Shown here piece by piece: positions 21,395-31,756 of a stretch of DNA of 64,000 bases. The notes under the pieces were generated by a model. It ran no database searches and had not been told where the DNA came from. It saw only the letters and a list, made by a program, of their open reading frames with translations. Both the position numbers and the translations under genes were made by a program. The DNA is from Microcoleaceae cyanobacterium (GTDB taxonomy: Bacteria; Cyanobacteriota; Cyanobacteriia; Cyanobacteriales; Microcoleaceae): the NCBI GenBank assembly GCA_051652765.1, contig JBOFUV010000118.1, forward strand, positions 1 through 64,000, given 5' to 3'. How positions within the stretch are numbered: position 1 is the first letter of the stretch; each line of letters starts with the position of its first letter.

Positions 21395-21421
21395 AGGTGG
21401 GTGTGGCCCACCTTCTTTTTT
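21395..21421 (+). terminator. Probable intrinsic terminator downstream of ssrA
   Basis: AGGTGGG-TGTGG-CCCACCT followed by TCTTTTTT. Confidence 0.6.
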
Positions 21422-21654
21422 GAGTCCTTCCAGTCTTCTCAAGTTTGGAAGCTCTCTGGAAGCAGGTTGCATCTCTTGTTACAATCCCTTTAAACTTCTT
21501 GAGATGAGGTTCTGTTCTGTCAAAAATAAGAAATTCACAGATAGAATCAGAACATTTGATTGTGACATGTGACCAGGAAGTGTGAGTAAAAGTTTGATCA
21601 TAGCGTTTGATCAGATCAGCCATTATCGTTCAGGGCCGAGGAGAAAGGTTTCCC

Positions 21655-23538
21655 ATGCAATCCGTTGACTTCACTACGCTCAAGGCGGCTTGTGCCGAAT
21701 TGCGAACCGCTTGGTTGCCCGCGCGCTTGGAACAGATCTATCAGCGCGATCGCTTTACGATTTCCCTGGGGCTCCGCACCCTGAACCGCCGGGGTTGGTT
21801 AGATATTGCTTGGCATCCTCAGGCAGCTCGATTGTGTGTGAGTGATCCCCCGCCTCGGAAACCAGACACGTTTACTTTTAGTGATCAACTGCGCCACCAA
21901 TTGAACGGCTTGGCCTTGGTGGTGATCGCCGATATTTTGCCTTGGGAGCGAGTAATCGATCTACAATTTGCCAAACGCCCTGGAGAGGCCCCGCTGTGGC
22001 ATCTCTATGTTGAGGTGATGAACAAGTATAGCAACGTGATTCTCACTGGGTCGGATAATTTGGTGGTGACTGCCGCCCATCAAGTCAGTTCTCAACAGTC
22101 CAGTATTCGTCCGATTCAAACGGGTCAACCCTACGAATTACCCCCCGCCCTGACCGATCCGATTCCCAGTTTGAATGAACCTCAGGAGTCTTGGCAGGAG
22201 CGAGTCAGTTTGATTCCCGGTACTCTCAAACGGCAGTTGCTGAAAAGCTATCGGGGGTTAAGCTCTGCCTTAACGATTGAGATGATCCAGGCAGCGGGGT
22301 TAAACCCTGAACAATCGACAGAAAGCCTAAGGGATGACCAATGGACGATATTGTTTCAATGTTGGCAGGATTGGTTGCACGGGCTGGAGCACAGTCAGTT
22401 TTCCCCAGGTTGGACAGAGACTGGATATAGAGTTATTGCCTGGAGTGCGATCAAGTCAATTGAAGAAGCTTCAAGTCTTCAGTTAGATCATCCACAACCC
22501 ATACCACAGACCGTTCAAGAACTATTAAATACTTACTATACCTTACATCTCAATCAACAAGAATTCAGTCAATTGCGCCATCAAATTCTGCAAAAACTCG
22601 GTTCAATCTTAGCAAAGCTTCGGGTTAAAGCCGCAGAATTTACCCAACGATTGCACCAATCGGATGAGGCAGAAACCTATCGCGCTCAGGCAGATTTATT
22701 GATGGCAAATTTGCATCACTGGAAGTTAGGAATGCAAACGATTATATTGCCAGACTTCGAGACCGAAAGCCCTGTTACTCTAGCGCTCAACCCCGAGAAA
22801 AATGCCGTACAAAATGCCCAAGCTTACTACAAACGTCATCAGAAGTTAAAGCGAGCAAGAATTGCAGTAGAGCCTCTGCTAGAGGATGTTATGGCTGATC
22901 TAAACTACTTGGAACAGGTCGAAGATGCGGTGAATCAGCTTGAAAATTATCAGACTCCTGAAGATTTACAAACCCTGGAAGAAATTCGAGATGAGCTGAC
23001 CCAACAAGGGTATCTCAATCGCTCTGACCATCACACGCCATCCAGTGCAACCTCGGAATTTTACTCTTATCAAACTCCGACAGGATTTGAACTTTGGGTT
23101 GGACGGAATAACAAACAAAATGATCGGTTAACCTTTCGCGTGGCAGGAGACTACGATCTGTGGTTTCATACTCAAGAGATTCCGGGAAGTCATATATTGC
23201 TTCGCCTCAATGCTGGGGAAGTTCCTAATGATCAAGACCTACAATTTGCGGCCAATATTGCCACGTACTACAGCCGTGCTCGCCAGACTGAACAAGCTCC
23301 CGTAGTTTATACCAAGCCCAAGTATCTCTACAAGCCTAAAGGAGCAAAACCGGGCATGGTGGTTTATAAACATGAAACGGTGATTTGGGGCTCTCCTCAA
23401 CAGATTGATCCGGCCCTTCTTAAATCTAGCAAAAAATCTGAAAAAGCCGATCCGATTCAAGATCCAATTCGATTGGAAGAGGTTAAAAAACCCAAGCAGA
23501 GGGAGAAAAAAGTGAAGCGATCAGCCGTTAGAGCTTAG
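21655..23538 (+). CDS. rqcH: NFACT family ribosome quality control protein (Rqc2/RqcH, FbpA-like)
   Basis: MQSVDFTTL start; ERVI.L.F, LYVEVMNKYSNVIL, NAQAYYKRHQKLKRA, VGRNNKQND.LT, DLWFH..IPGSH, V.YT..KY..KPKGAKPGMV.Y; ATG 21655 (GGAG upstream) preferred over TTG 21607. Confidence 0.92.
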   Translation: MQSVDFTTLKAACAELRTAWLPARLEQIYQRDRFTISLGLRTLNRRGWLDIAWHPQAARLCVSDPPPRKPDTFTFSDQLRHQLNGLALVVIADILPWERVIDLQFAKRPGEAPLWHLYVEVMNKYSNVILTGSDNLVVTAAHQVSSQQSSIRPIQTGQPYELPPALTDPIPSLNEPQESWQERVSLIPGTLKRQLLKSYRGLSSALTIEMIQAAGLNPEQSTESLRDDQWTILFQCWQDWLHGLEHSQFSPGWTETGYRVIAWSAIKSIEEASSLQLDHPQPIPQTVQELLNTYYTLHLNQQEFSQLRHQILQKLGSILAKLRVKAAEFTQRLHQSDEAETYRAQADLLMANLHHWKLGMQTIILPDFETESPVTLALNPEKNAVQNAQAYYKRHQKLKRARIAVEPLLEDVMADLNYLEQVEDAVNQLENYQTPEDLQTLEEIRDELTQQGYLNRSDHHTPSSATSEFYSYQTPTGFELWVGRNNKQNDRLTFRVAGDYDLWFHTQEIPGSHILLRLNAGEVPNDQDLQFAANIATYYSRARQTEQAPVVYTKPKYLYKPKGAKPGMVVYKHETVIWGSPQQIDPALLKSSKKSEKADPIQDPIRLEEVKKPKQREKKVKRSAVRA

Positions 23539-23654
23539 TTAAGATTGGTTGGCTTGAAGGGCTGTGGCAAAAAAGGATCGACAGTTGATTGGTCTGAATG
23601 TAGAAATCTTAGTGTAAAATCTGAAAATTACCGAGTGAGTAGACATCAGAACTT

Positions 23655-24362
23655 ATGCTAACTCAAGAAACCTTGACCACTAAAACCTTGACTACCAAAT
23701 CAGAATTTTTGGCACAATTGGATGCCGTCATCGCGCAACATCACCTTCTCAAGCACCCCTTTTATCAGCTCTGGAATGAAGGTCAATTATCCTTGGAAAT
23801 GCTGCAAGAATATGCTCAAGAATATTACCTTCAAGTTCACAACTTTCCGACCTATGTCAGTGCAACTCATGCCGCGTGCAACGATTTAGAAATCCGACGA
23901 ATGTTGCTGGAGAATTTGATTGAAGAAGAGCAGGGTTCTGCCAACCATCCTGAGTTATGGCTACGATTTGCTGAGGGCTTAGGCGTTGATCGGCAAGCCG
24001 TTCTGAACCATCAGCCCTTGCCTCAAACCAAGGAATCCGTAAGGATTTTAAAGGAACTGGCTCGCAGTGAAAATCCCGCTGTGGGTTTAGCGGCTCTCTA
24101 TGCCTACGAATCTCAAATTCCTGAAGTTTCCACCACGAAAATTGCTGGACTGAAGACGTTTTATGGGATTGATTCAGAACAGGCTCTCTCCTTTTTTCAA
24201 GTCCATGAAACAGCAGACAAAGTTCATAGCCAAATGACCCAGGAAGCCTTAGTCAAACTGTGTCAAACTGAAGTTCAAAAGCAGGAAGCCTTAACTGCAG
24301 TTGAACAAGCAACTTCTGCCCTGAACCTACTATTGGACGGGGTTTACGAGGCTTATTGCTAA
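23655..24362 (+). CDS. CADD-family heme-oxygenase-like dimetal oxidase (putative pABA synthase)
   Basis: HLLKHPFYQLW, YAQEYY...FP.Y, NLIEEE...NHPELW.RFAE, LYAYESQIP.....K..GL, FF.VHE.AD..H. Confidence 0.85.
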   Translation: MLTQETLTTKTLTTKSEFLAQLDAVIAQHHLLKHPFYQLWNEGQLSLEMLQEYAQEYYLQVHNFPTYVSATHAACNDLEIRRMLLENLIEEEQGSANHPELWLRFAEGLGVDRQAVLNHQPLPQTKESVRILKELARSENPAVGLAALYAYESQIPEVSTTKIAGLKTFYGIDSEQALSFFQVHETADKVHSQMTQEALVKLCQTEVQKQEALTAVEQATSALNLLLDGVYEAYC

Positions 24363-24406
24363 AGGTTAATCCTTCATCTAATGCTTCATTCGGAGCATTG
24401 AGTTAC

Positions 24407-24433
24407 GCAGGGGCGAGATCACCTCGCCCTTAC
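24407..24433. repeat. GTAG-type REP-like palindrome between convergent CADD-like gene and icd
   Basis: Reverse strand reads GTAAGGGCGAGGTGATCTCGCCCCTGC. Confidence 0.55.
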
Positions 24434-24459
24434 CCCAGATCAAGGCTTTAAGAATTCAG

Positions 24460-25896
24460 TTAGTCGTCAAAATGTTTGATGATTGCTTCAGCAAATTCAG
24501 AACATTTCAGTGATTCAGCCGGAGGCTCCATCAATCGAGCTAGATCGTAGGTTACCTCCCGGTTAGAAATTGCTGCCCCAAGCCCTCGCTTGATTAAGTC
24601 AGCGGCCTCTTGCCAGCCCATGTACTCCAACATCATCACTCCAGATAAAATTAACGATCCAGGATTGACCCGATCTAGTCCTGCATGTTTAGGAGCTGTG
24701 CCGTGAGTTGCTTCAAAAATGGCACAATCATCCCCAATATTTGCTCCTGGCCCCATCCCTAACCCACCGACTAAAGCCGCTGCCGCATCAGATAGATAAT
24801 CTCCATTCAAGTTCATGGTCGCCAGAATCGAATATTCTGCGGGACGAGTCTGAATTTGTTGGAAAATACTGTCAGCAATGCGGTCGTTTACCATGACTTT
24901 TTCCTTCCATTGTTCGTTGCCATGGGTTTGCCAAATTGTGCTTAAAACCGCTTCTATTTCTTGACAGATTTCTGCTTGTTTCTCAGGGGTGAAAGCGGTG
25001 TAACCTGGATCAATTTGACACGCATTTTCTTCAGTAGAAATCTCAGGATTTGCTGCCTGATTGCCAAGAATCCAAGACTCCCGTTCGGTAATACACTCAT
25101 GCCGAAACTCGGTTGTTACCAGTTCATATCCCCAATCCCGAAAGGCTCCTTCCGTGTATTTCATGATATTGCCTTTATGAACCAAGGTCACCATTTGTTT
25201 GGCCTGTGGTAATCGTAGGGCGTGTTGTATCGCCCGTCGAATTAATCGTTGAGATCCGGTTTTGCTAATCGGTTTAATCCCAATCCCAGAATCAAGACGA
25301 ATTTGTTTTTTACCATGTTCAGGGGTAGCGGGAATCAAGTCAGTATTGAGAATCTGAATCAATTTCTCCGCAATTTCTGTGCCCTCTCGCCATTCAATTC
25401 CTAAGTAAATATCTTCAGTGTTTTCTCGATAAATAATCACGTCCATTTTTTCAGGGCTTCTATGGGGAGAAGGGGTACCAAGGTAATATTTGCAGGGCCG
25501 AACGCAGGCATACAGATCATTGATTTGTCGCAGAGCCACGTTGAGGGAACGGATACCGCCGCCAATGGGAGTGGTCAATGGCCCTTTGATCGCAACACCG
25601 TATTCTTTAATGGCTTTCAGGGTGTCTTCCGGCAGATATTGATACGTGCCATACAGCTCGCAGGCTTCATCGCCAGCATAGACCTTAAACCAGCTAATCT
25701 TGCGATGGTTGTTATATGCCTTCTCAACGGCTGCATCCAGCACCCGTTGTGACGCGGGCCACAGATCTACGCCAGTGCCGTCTCCACGAATAAAGGGAAT
25801 AATCGGATTATCCGGAACAATCGGACTACCACCCTCAAACGTAATCGTTTCACCCATGCTGGGAGGAATAATTTTTTCGTACATGGATCGCATCAC
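24460..25896 (-). CDS. icd: NADP-dependent isocitrate dehydrogenase
   Basis: [65 protein letters not shown]; start probably MYEKI. Confidence 0.98.
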   Translation of the reverse strand: MMRSMYEKIIPPSMGETITFEGGSPIVPDNPIIPFIRGDGTGVDLWPASQRVLDAAVEKAYNNHRKISWFKVYAGDEACELYGTYQYLPEDTLKAIKEYGVAIKGPLTTPIGGGIRSLNVALRQINDLYACVRPCKYYLGTPSPHRSPEKMDVIIYRENTEDIYLGIEWREGTEIAEKLIQILNTDLIPATPEHGKKQIRLDSGIGIKPISKTGSQRLIRRAIQHALRLPQAKQMVTLVHKGNIMKYTEGAFRDWGYELVTTEFRHECITERESWILGNQAANPEISTEENACQIDPGYTAFTPEKQAEICQEIEAVLSTIWQTHGNEQWKEKVMVNDRIADSIFQQIQTRPAEYSILATMNLNGDYLSDAAAALVGGLGMGPGANIGDDCAIFEATHGTAPKHAGLDRVNPGSLILSGVMMLEYMGWQEAADLIKRGLGAAISNREVTYDLARLMEPPAESLKCSEFAEAIIKHFDD

Positions 25897-26035
25897 TCGC
25901 TCATTTAAATTCTTCTTATTTTGACACGACTGAACTTCAGGAAGATGTTCGAGTTGAGCAAGTTTTTTCTAGTATGCAGGAGTCATGACAGCTTAAAACA
26001 CACTTTAATGACGAGGGTTATAGGTTGATCAAGGT

Positions 26036-27616
26036 CTAGCATAGGAAGTCTTCTAAAGTAGAACATGAGTTGTGGATCAATGATTTTTGGGTCAATGATT
26101 TGTGGGTGAATAAGTAGACTTCATCCTGTTGATAACTCAACTGAAAATCAGGTAGCTGTTTTAGCTGTTGTGCCAAAGATTGGGCAAATTCCAGATCACT
26201 TTTCCATCCCGGATGACGCAGGTTTAGCAGTACGTAGTCAAACAGAGCTAAATCTTGAGGTGGAGCATCTTTATTCGTAAATTCAACCACTGAACGATGG
26301 GTTAAATGGGGGGCAAAGTTTGCTGTCGTTAAAATATTTCCTTGAGTTGTTATATAACTGATTGCCGTTCTGCTGGACTGTAAAGTATCAATTTGTTCCA
26401 GATAAATTGACCAAAAATAACCAAACTTTGCCAAGCATAAAAATCCTAAGATTGCCCAAAGGATCATCAATTGATCTAATTTAATTTTTAGAAAGAAGTC
26501 ATTTAAAGAAAAGTAATTTAAAGAAAAGCAATATTTTTGCCAAGCCTGTAAACGGATGATGATCCATCGCCCTAGACACCCATCATGCTCATCGGACAGA
26601 CTGGTAATCACGGCAACCATCAAAAATGGAACAATGGGGATAGAATATTGATGAATTAAATCTCGTTGGGCATCGATATCAGATAGAACGTTCTTCAGTA
26701 AAGCGGGAAAAGCTGCCACTAAAGGACTCAGACAACGGGGAGATAGCCACAATACAACTGGCAAGAATAGCAGAGCTAAATACTCTAAAGTCTCCCATGA
26801 AAGTATTCTGTTGGTCACCAATTCGGGCTTTAAAAAAATATTCAGCAGAATTTCAGAAATAGAACTCCCTAAGTAGCTGTAGCGTCCAACTCCTCCTGGC
26901 CCTCGACCATCTTTAAAATAGGGGATAATTCCTTGAACTGCAATTATAAACCAGGCTGATCCAAGCAATAGCGCGATCGCACCATAAGGTCGCTTCTTGT
27001 CAAAAAAATAGAGCCAAATCCCCATAGCAACAACAGTTAAGGCCAGAGCATCCTTACACCCTAAAACCCAAATAATGGCTAGGTAAAACCAAATTATTTT
27101 ATCTAATCTTGCAGCTAAAATTGCTCCTAAAATAGCAGGCAGTGCCATTACTTCTGGATGAAAATCAAAGAGATTAACATTAAAAATAACTGGATAGAGT
27201 AAATAAGTAAGAGCAACTGAAGTTGAGAGTCTTGAACCTAACCCAGCGTGATTAGCTAAACTCCAGGTTGGCCATGCACCAATTGCCAAAGAAATGGATT
27301 GAATCAAAAATAACCAATGCACTGAAGGATAAATTCTATATAGCAAGGCAACTGGATACATTACCCAAGCAGCATGATTCCCCATGTGATGAATTTCCAA
27401 AAAAGAGGAAATCGGTGGCTTGCCTTGACTGATTAAGTAAGCAACTTGATCATAAATTCCCAATTCAAAAGCAGTTGATTGAAATAATGCATGTCGGAGA
27501 CTACTGCACAAAAACAAAATCACCGTAGTAATACCAACCATTTTTGCAACTGGATGGTTAAAACTGAGTTGTTTCTGCCCTTTGAAGTCGTAACTAAATT
27601 TCATTCTGAAGGCCAA
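26036..27616 (-). CDS. DUF2079 family membrane protein (paralog 2)
   Basis: SLRH..FQST.FELGIYDQ, NLFDFHPE, PHLTHR, LLNLRHPGW; start codon uncertain. Confidence 0.85.
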   Translation of the reverse strand: MAFRMKFSYDFKGQKQLSFNHPVAKMVGITTVILFLCSSLRHALFQSTAFELGIYDQVAYLISQGKPPISSFLEIHHMGNHAAWVMYPVALLYRIYPSVHWLFLIQSISLAIGAWPTWSLANHAGLGSRLSTSVALTYLLYPVIFNVNLFDFHPEVMALPAILGAILAARLDKIIWFYLAIIWVLGCKDALALTVVAMGIWLYFFDKKRPYGAIALLLGSAWFIIAVQGIIPYFKDGRGPGGVGRYSYLGSSISEILLNIFLKPELVTNRILSWETLEYLALLFLPVVLWLSPRCLSPLVAAFPALLKNVLSDIDAQRDLIHQYSIPIVPFLMVAVITSLSDEHDGCLGRWIIIRLQAWQKYCFSLNYFSLNDFFLKIKLDQLMILWAILGFLCLAKFGYFWSIYLEQIDTLQSSRTAISYITTQGNILTTANFAPHLTHRSVVEFTNKDAPPQDLALFDYVLLNLRHPGWKSDLEFAQSLAQQLKQLPDFQLSYQQDEVYLFTHKSLTQKSLIHNSCSTLEDFLC

Positions 27617-27745
27617 AGTTTCTTGTTTCAGTCATAGCTATAAGTCATAACAGATTTTGCGTTTTAAACCCGTGAGTCAGACAAGATCTAAGATTATCTA
27701 AAGGACGTTAGAAAGAAGTAAAATACTATGAATTTTCATCGGTCA

Positions 27746-29293
27746 TCACACAGAATCTCGCCTAAAGACAATAACATCCTTCTTGGTGTAGATTACTTTG
27801 AATCCAGAGCCATTTTCTAATTTCTGTACCAAATTGACTCCGGTTTCTATAGTATCTGGCCAGGGATGACGAAGATTAAGGAGAATAGCATCAAATTCAG
27901 TCAAGTTAGACTCTGGAGTGATTTGACTCAATAGTTTAAGGTTAAAACGATGGGTTAAGTGAGGAGCAAGATAGTTATCGGTCAAGACAGTTTCTTGAGG
28001 GTTAATTTGAGCAATGGCTGCTCGATTGGCTTGCAATGTATCTAATCGTTGAAAATATATCCAGAACCGGACATACTTACCGTAAAAGACAAAAATTAGT
28101 AAAGACCAAAGTACGATTAACCTGGGAAGGCTAGCATTAAAGTCAGGCGATCGTGAAAGTTCTTGCTTACTTCTGTCAGGGAGTTGATATTGATGTCCAG
28201 ATCTCATTCTAGACCAAAGGTTCCAACCCCATTTTCCTAATGTCCAATCTTGTTGTTGGAAGCTGGCAATGACCGCTAGGAGCAAGAATGGAATGGCTGG
28301 AATGGAGTATTGAAAGGCAAGGCTTCGCTGGAGAGAAACATCAGACAAACTGTTAATCATCAAGGTTGGAATCACTGGAATCAAGGAGGTTAAAGACCAA
28401 GGAGATAACCATCCAATGAAAGGCAAGCTTAGTTTATAGAGATAGTCGAGGGTGGGCATTGAAAATAATCGTCCGAGAACTAATTGAGGCTTGAGAATTA
28501 AGTTAGTAATAATTTCTAAAACAGAATTTCCTAAATAGGCGTATCGCCAAACCCCCTCTGCTTCCTGACCACTAAAATTGGGAATCATTACCTGGGTCAC
28601 TAGAATAAACCAAGCACACCCCGCAGCAAGGGCAAATCCACCAAACTTTCGGCGTTTCTCATAGAAGAATAACCAAAATCCCAAGGCGATTACCGTTAGG
28701 GACAATACCGCTTTACAACCCAATACCCAAAGAATTGCCAAACAGAACCAGGGAAATTTCCCCAGTCGAGCGGCTAGAACTGCTCCTAATAGAGCAGGAA
28801 GGGCCATCACTTCTGGGTGGAAATCAAACAAGTTAACGTTAAAGACCACTGGATAGAGTAAGTAGGCAGCGGCGATCGCCCTCGACAAGGGTTGATCTAG
28901 CCCCGCCTGTTGGGCCAAGCTCCAAGTTGGCCATGCTCCGAGAGCTAAGACCAGAGCTTGCATCCCGAACAACCAGTAAACACTGGGATAAATCTTGTAG
29001 AGTAACCCGAGGGGATAGATCGCCCATGCGCCGTGATTGCCCAAATGATGAAATCCTAAAATTGAGGAGATCGGAGGCTGCCCCTGACTGATGAGATAGG
29101 TGACTTGATCATAAATACCCAGGTCAAACCCCGTGGACTGAAATAGAATATGACGCAAGCTGCTACACAGAAAAAAGAGAAAACTTGCCCCAGCCATCAT
29201 CCAGAGCACTGAGGCGGGAGGCAGACGATTGGGTTTTACTGAAGGGGAACAGTCTGGCGGGGAACCTTCAAGAGAATCAAACGAGGTTGGCAT
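27746..29293 (-). CDS. DUF2079 family membrane protein (paralog 1)
   Basis: SLRH..FQSTGFDLGIYDQ, NLFDFHPE, RY.YLG.S, PHLTHR, LLNLRHPW. Confidence 0.85.
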   Translation of the reverse strand: MPTSFDSLEGSPPDCSPSVKPNRLPPASVLWMMAGASFLFFLCSSLRHILFQSTGFDLGIYDQVTYLISQGQPPISSILGFHHLGNHGAWAIYPLGLLYKIYPSVYWLFGMQALVLALGAWPTWSLAQQAGLDQPLSRAIAAAYLLYPVVFNVNLFDFHPEVMALPALLGAVLAARLGKFPWFCLAILWVLGCKAVLSLTVIALGFWLFFYEKRRKFGGFALAAGCAWFILVTQVMIPNFSGQEAEGVWRYAYLGNSVLEIITNLILKPQLVLGRLFSMPTLDYLYKLSLPFIGWLSPWSLTSLIPVIPTLMINSLSDVSLQRSLAFQYSIPAIPFLLLAVIASFQQQDWTLGKWGWNLWSRMRSGHQYQLPDRSKQELSRSPDFNASLPRLIVLWSLLIFVFYGKYVRFWIYFQRLDTLQANRAAIAQINPQETVLTDNYLAPHLTHRFNLKLLSQITPESNLTEFDAILLNLRHPWPDTIETGVNLVQKLENGSGFKVIYTKKDVIVFRRDSV

Positions 29294-29443
29294 TCCGGTT
29301 CAAATGGTCAATCGACATCGGATTGATCCTACCTGATCTTCAGTTGCAAGCTGCATTCTCTGAACGGGAAAGCGCCGACAATGGGGTTAGGCATCGTAGT
29401 ATGGTAGTACTTAAAAGTTTCTTAAAAAGTTTCTTAAAAAAAC

Positions 29444-30628
29444 ATGAAAGCCATTACCCTCCTCGGATCAACGGGCTCTATAGGCACTCAAACTTTAGAT
29501 ATTGTGACTCATCATCCCGAACAATTTAGAATTGTTGGCCTTGCAGCCGGACGAAATATTACGTTACTTGCAGACCAGATTCGCCAATTTCAGCCTCAGA
29601 TTGTGGCCATTTGGGATGAAGCCAAACTGCCAGACCTGAAAGCAGCGATCGCCGATGTTGATCCTCAGCCGATTCTGTTGGCAGGAGAAGCTGGAGTGGT
29701 TGAGGTGGCTCGTTATGGGGATGCGGAAGCGGTGGTCACCGGGATTGTGGGCTGTGCAGGGTTACTTCCTACCCTTGCTGCGATCAAAGCTGGAAAAGAT
29801 ATTGCCCTCGCGAATAAGGAAACCTTGATTGCTGGAGGGCCTGTGGTGAATCCCTTAATTCAAGAACACGGGGTTAAGCTCCTGCCCGCAGATTCGGAAC
29901 ATTCAGCGATCTTTCAATGCCTGCAAGGGGTTCCTGAGGGCGGATTACGGCGGATTATTCTGACCGCATCGGGAGGTGCCTTTCGAGATTGGCCCGTAGA
30001 AAAGCTAGCGGAAGTCACGGTGGCTGACGCGATTAAACACCCGAACTGGTCAATGGGGCGCAAAATCACTGTTGATTCCGCCACCATGATGAATAAAGGA
30101 TTAGAAGTGATTGAAGCGCACTTTTTGTTTGGCCTGGACTACGACATGATTGATATCGTGATCCATCCTCAAAGCATCATTCACTCCTTGATTGAATTGC
30201 AAGATACCTCTGTTCTGGCTCAACTGGGATGGCCCGATATGCGCCTGCCCTTACTGTACGCCTTGTCTTGGCCAGAACGGATTTATACTCATTGGGAACC
30301 GTTGGATTTGGTCAAAGCGGGGAATTTAACGTTCAAAGCGCCAGATGATAGAAAGTATCCCTGTATGCAGTTGGCCTACGCTGCAGGTCGGGCCGGGGGG
30401 TCAATGCCTGCGGTCTTGAATGCGGCGAATGAGCAGGCAGTTGCCCTGTTTCTAGAGGAAAGAATTCAATTTTTAGAGATTCCCCAATTGATTGAACGAG
30501 TGTGCGATCGCCATCGACTGGACAACTGTTCTGAGCCTAGTTTGGAGGATATTCTGAATGCCGATCAATGGGCGAGACAAGAAGTGCTGGCGGCTTCTGA
30601 AAAATTGGCACAAACTATTCCCGTTTAA
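29444..30628 (+). CDS. dxr: 1-deoxy-D-xylulose-5-phosphate reductoisomerase
   Basis: [55 protein letters not shown]. Confidence 0.98.
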   Translation: MKAITLLGSTGSIGTQTLDIVTHHPEQFRIVGLAAGRNITLLADQIRQFQPQIVAIWDEAKLPDLKAAIADVDPQPILLAGEAGVVEVARYGDAEAVVTGIVGCAGLLPTLAAIKAGKDIALANKETLIAGGPVVNPLIQEHGVKLLPADSEHSAIFQCLQGVPEGGLRRIILTASGGAFRDWPVEKLAEVTVADAIKHPNWSMGRKITVDSATMMNKGLEVIEAHFLFGLDYDMIDIVIHPQSIIHSLIELQDTSVLAQLGWPDMRLPLLYALSWPERIYTHWEPLDLVKAGNLTFKAPDDRKYPCMQLAYAAGRAGGSMPAVLNAANEQAVALFLEERIQFLEIPQLIERVCDRHRLDNCSEPSLEDILNADQWARQEVLAASEKLAQTIPV

Positions 30629-30725
30629 CGGCAAAGTTGTGCGGCGGCATAGACTTGAACACTTACTGGCAATCTCCGTTCCGGTTTCCCTAATTTGTAG
30701 ATGACTATCACTTCAATTCAATTCA

Positions 30726-31715
30726 CTAAACAGGCAAGTCCTTTCGAGGTTTAAAGGTTTCGAGTTGACGCAGTTGCTCGTAGAGTTCTTGTTCCTCAGG
30801 CGTTAAATCTCTGGGTACTACAATCAGCAGTTCAACCAGTTGATCTCCCCGTTCCTCATGTTCATTCAAGTAGCCTTTATTGGCCAAGCGTAACTTCTTC
30901 CCTGAAGACACTCCGGGCTGAATTTTCATTTTGACCCGGCCATCCAGGGTGGGAACTTCGATATCTCCGCCTAGGACTGCTTCCGTTGGAGTAATTGGAA
31001 TTTGGCAGTAGACATCTAGCCCTTCTAGCCGGAAAAATGCGTGGGGCGGAATCTGAATTTTTAAATACAAATCTCCGCCGTTGATCCCTTGATTTCTCAG
31101 ACGAATTCGCTGGGCTGTTACCATTCCTGCGGGCATATCGACTTCGAGGGATCGGCCATCTTCTAGACGAATTCGCTCAGTTCCTCCGGTGTACGCTCTT
31201 TCCAGGGGAATTGTCAAACGAGCTTCAATGTCCCGCCGCGCCTCAACCGAACCCGCCTTGTAAACGGATTTAGTTCGGGGAGAACGGTAAGGATCGGTTG
31301 GAGTTGCCCGAGGTTCATCGGCTGTAACAGTTCGGACTTCTCGCCGTCGCCCTAAAAGTTGATCGACAAAGCTATTAAAGTCACTATACTCGCCAAAATC
31401 CATTTCCTGGGTTTGGGCCCGACCATCTCGAGTCCCCCAGGTTTTGAATCCTCCAAAGGGAGATCCTTTGCGACCTTGAAATCCTCCCTGTTTCCAAAAC
31501 TGACTGTATTCATCGTATTGCAGCCGTTTCTCCGAATCGGAGAGGACATGATAGGCTTCACCAATGTCTTTGAACTGTTCTTCAGCTTCTTTATCACCCG
31601 GATTTAGGTCAGGGTGATATTGCCGAGCTAGCCGCCGGTAGACTTTTTTGATTTCCTCAATCGTAGCGTCCTTAGGAATTCCTAAAATTTGGTAATAGTT
31701 GCGAAAATTCTGCAT
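30726..31715 (-). CDS. dnaJ: DnaJ-class co-chaperone (J domain with HPD, no Zn finger; CbpA/type II-like)
   Basis: [22 protein letters not shown]-terminal [14 protein letters not shown]; directly downstream of dnaK. Confidence 0.9.
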   Translation of the reverse strand: MQNFRNYYQILGIPKDATIEEIKKVYRRLARQYHPDLNPGDKEAEEQFKDIGEAYHVLSDSEKRLQYDEYSQFWKQGGFQGRKGSPFGGFKTWGTRDGRAQTQEMDFGEYSDFNSFVDQLLGRRREVRTVTADEPRATPTDPYRSPRTKSVYKAGSVEARRDIEARLTIPLERAYTGGTERIRLEDGRSLEVDMPAGMVTAQRIRLRNQGINGGDLYLKIQIPPHAFFRLEGLDVYCQIPITPTEAVLGGDIEVPTLDGRVKMKIQPGVSSGKKLRLANKGYLNEHEERGDQLVELLIVVPRDLTPEEQELYEQLRQLETFKPRKDLPV

Positions 31716-31756
31716 TATTCACTCTTCGTGGGTCATAGGTTGGGGTCATCTGCAAC

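Noticed and set aside
21302..21654. Integrative element at the ssrA 3' end
   Set aside because: No integrase and no second copy of the ssrA 3' end seen; housekeeping gene follows directly
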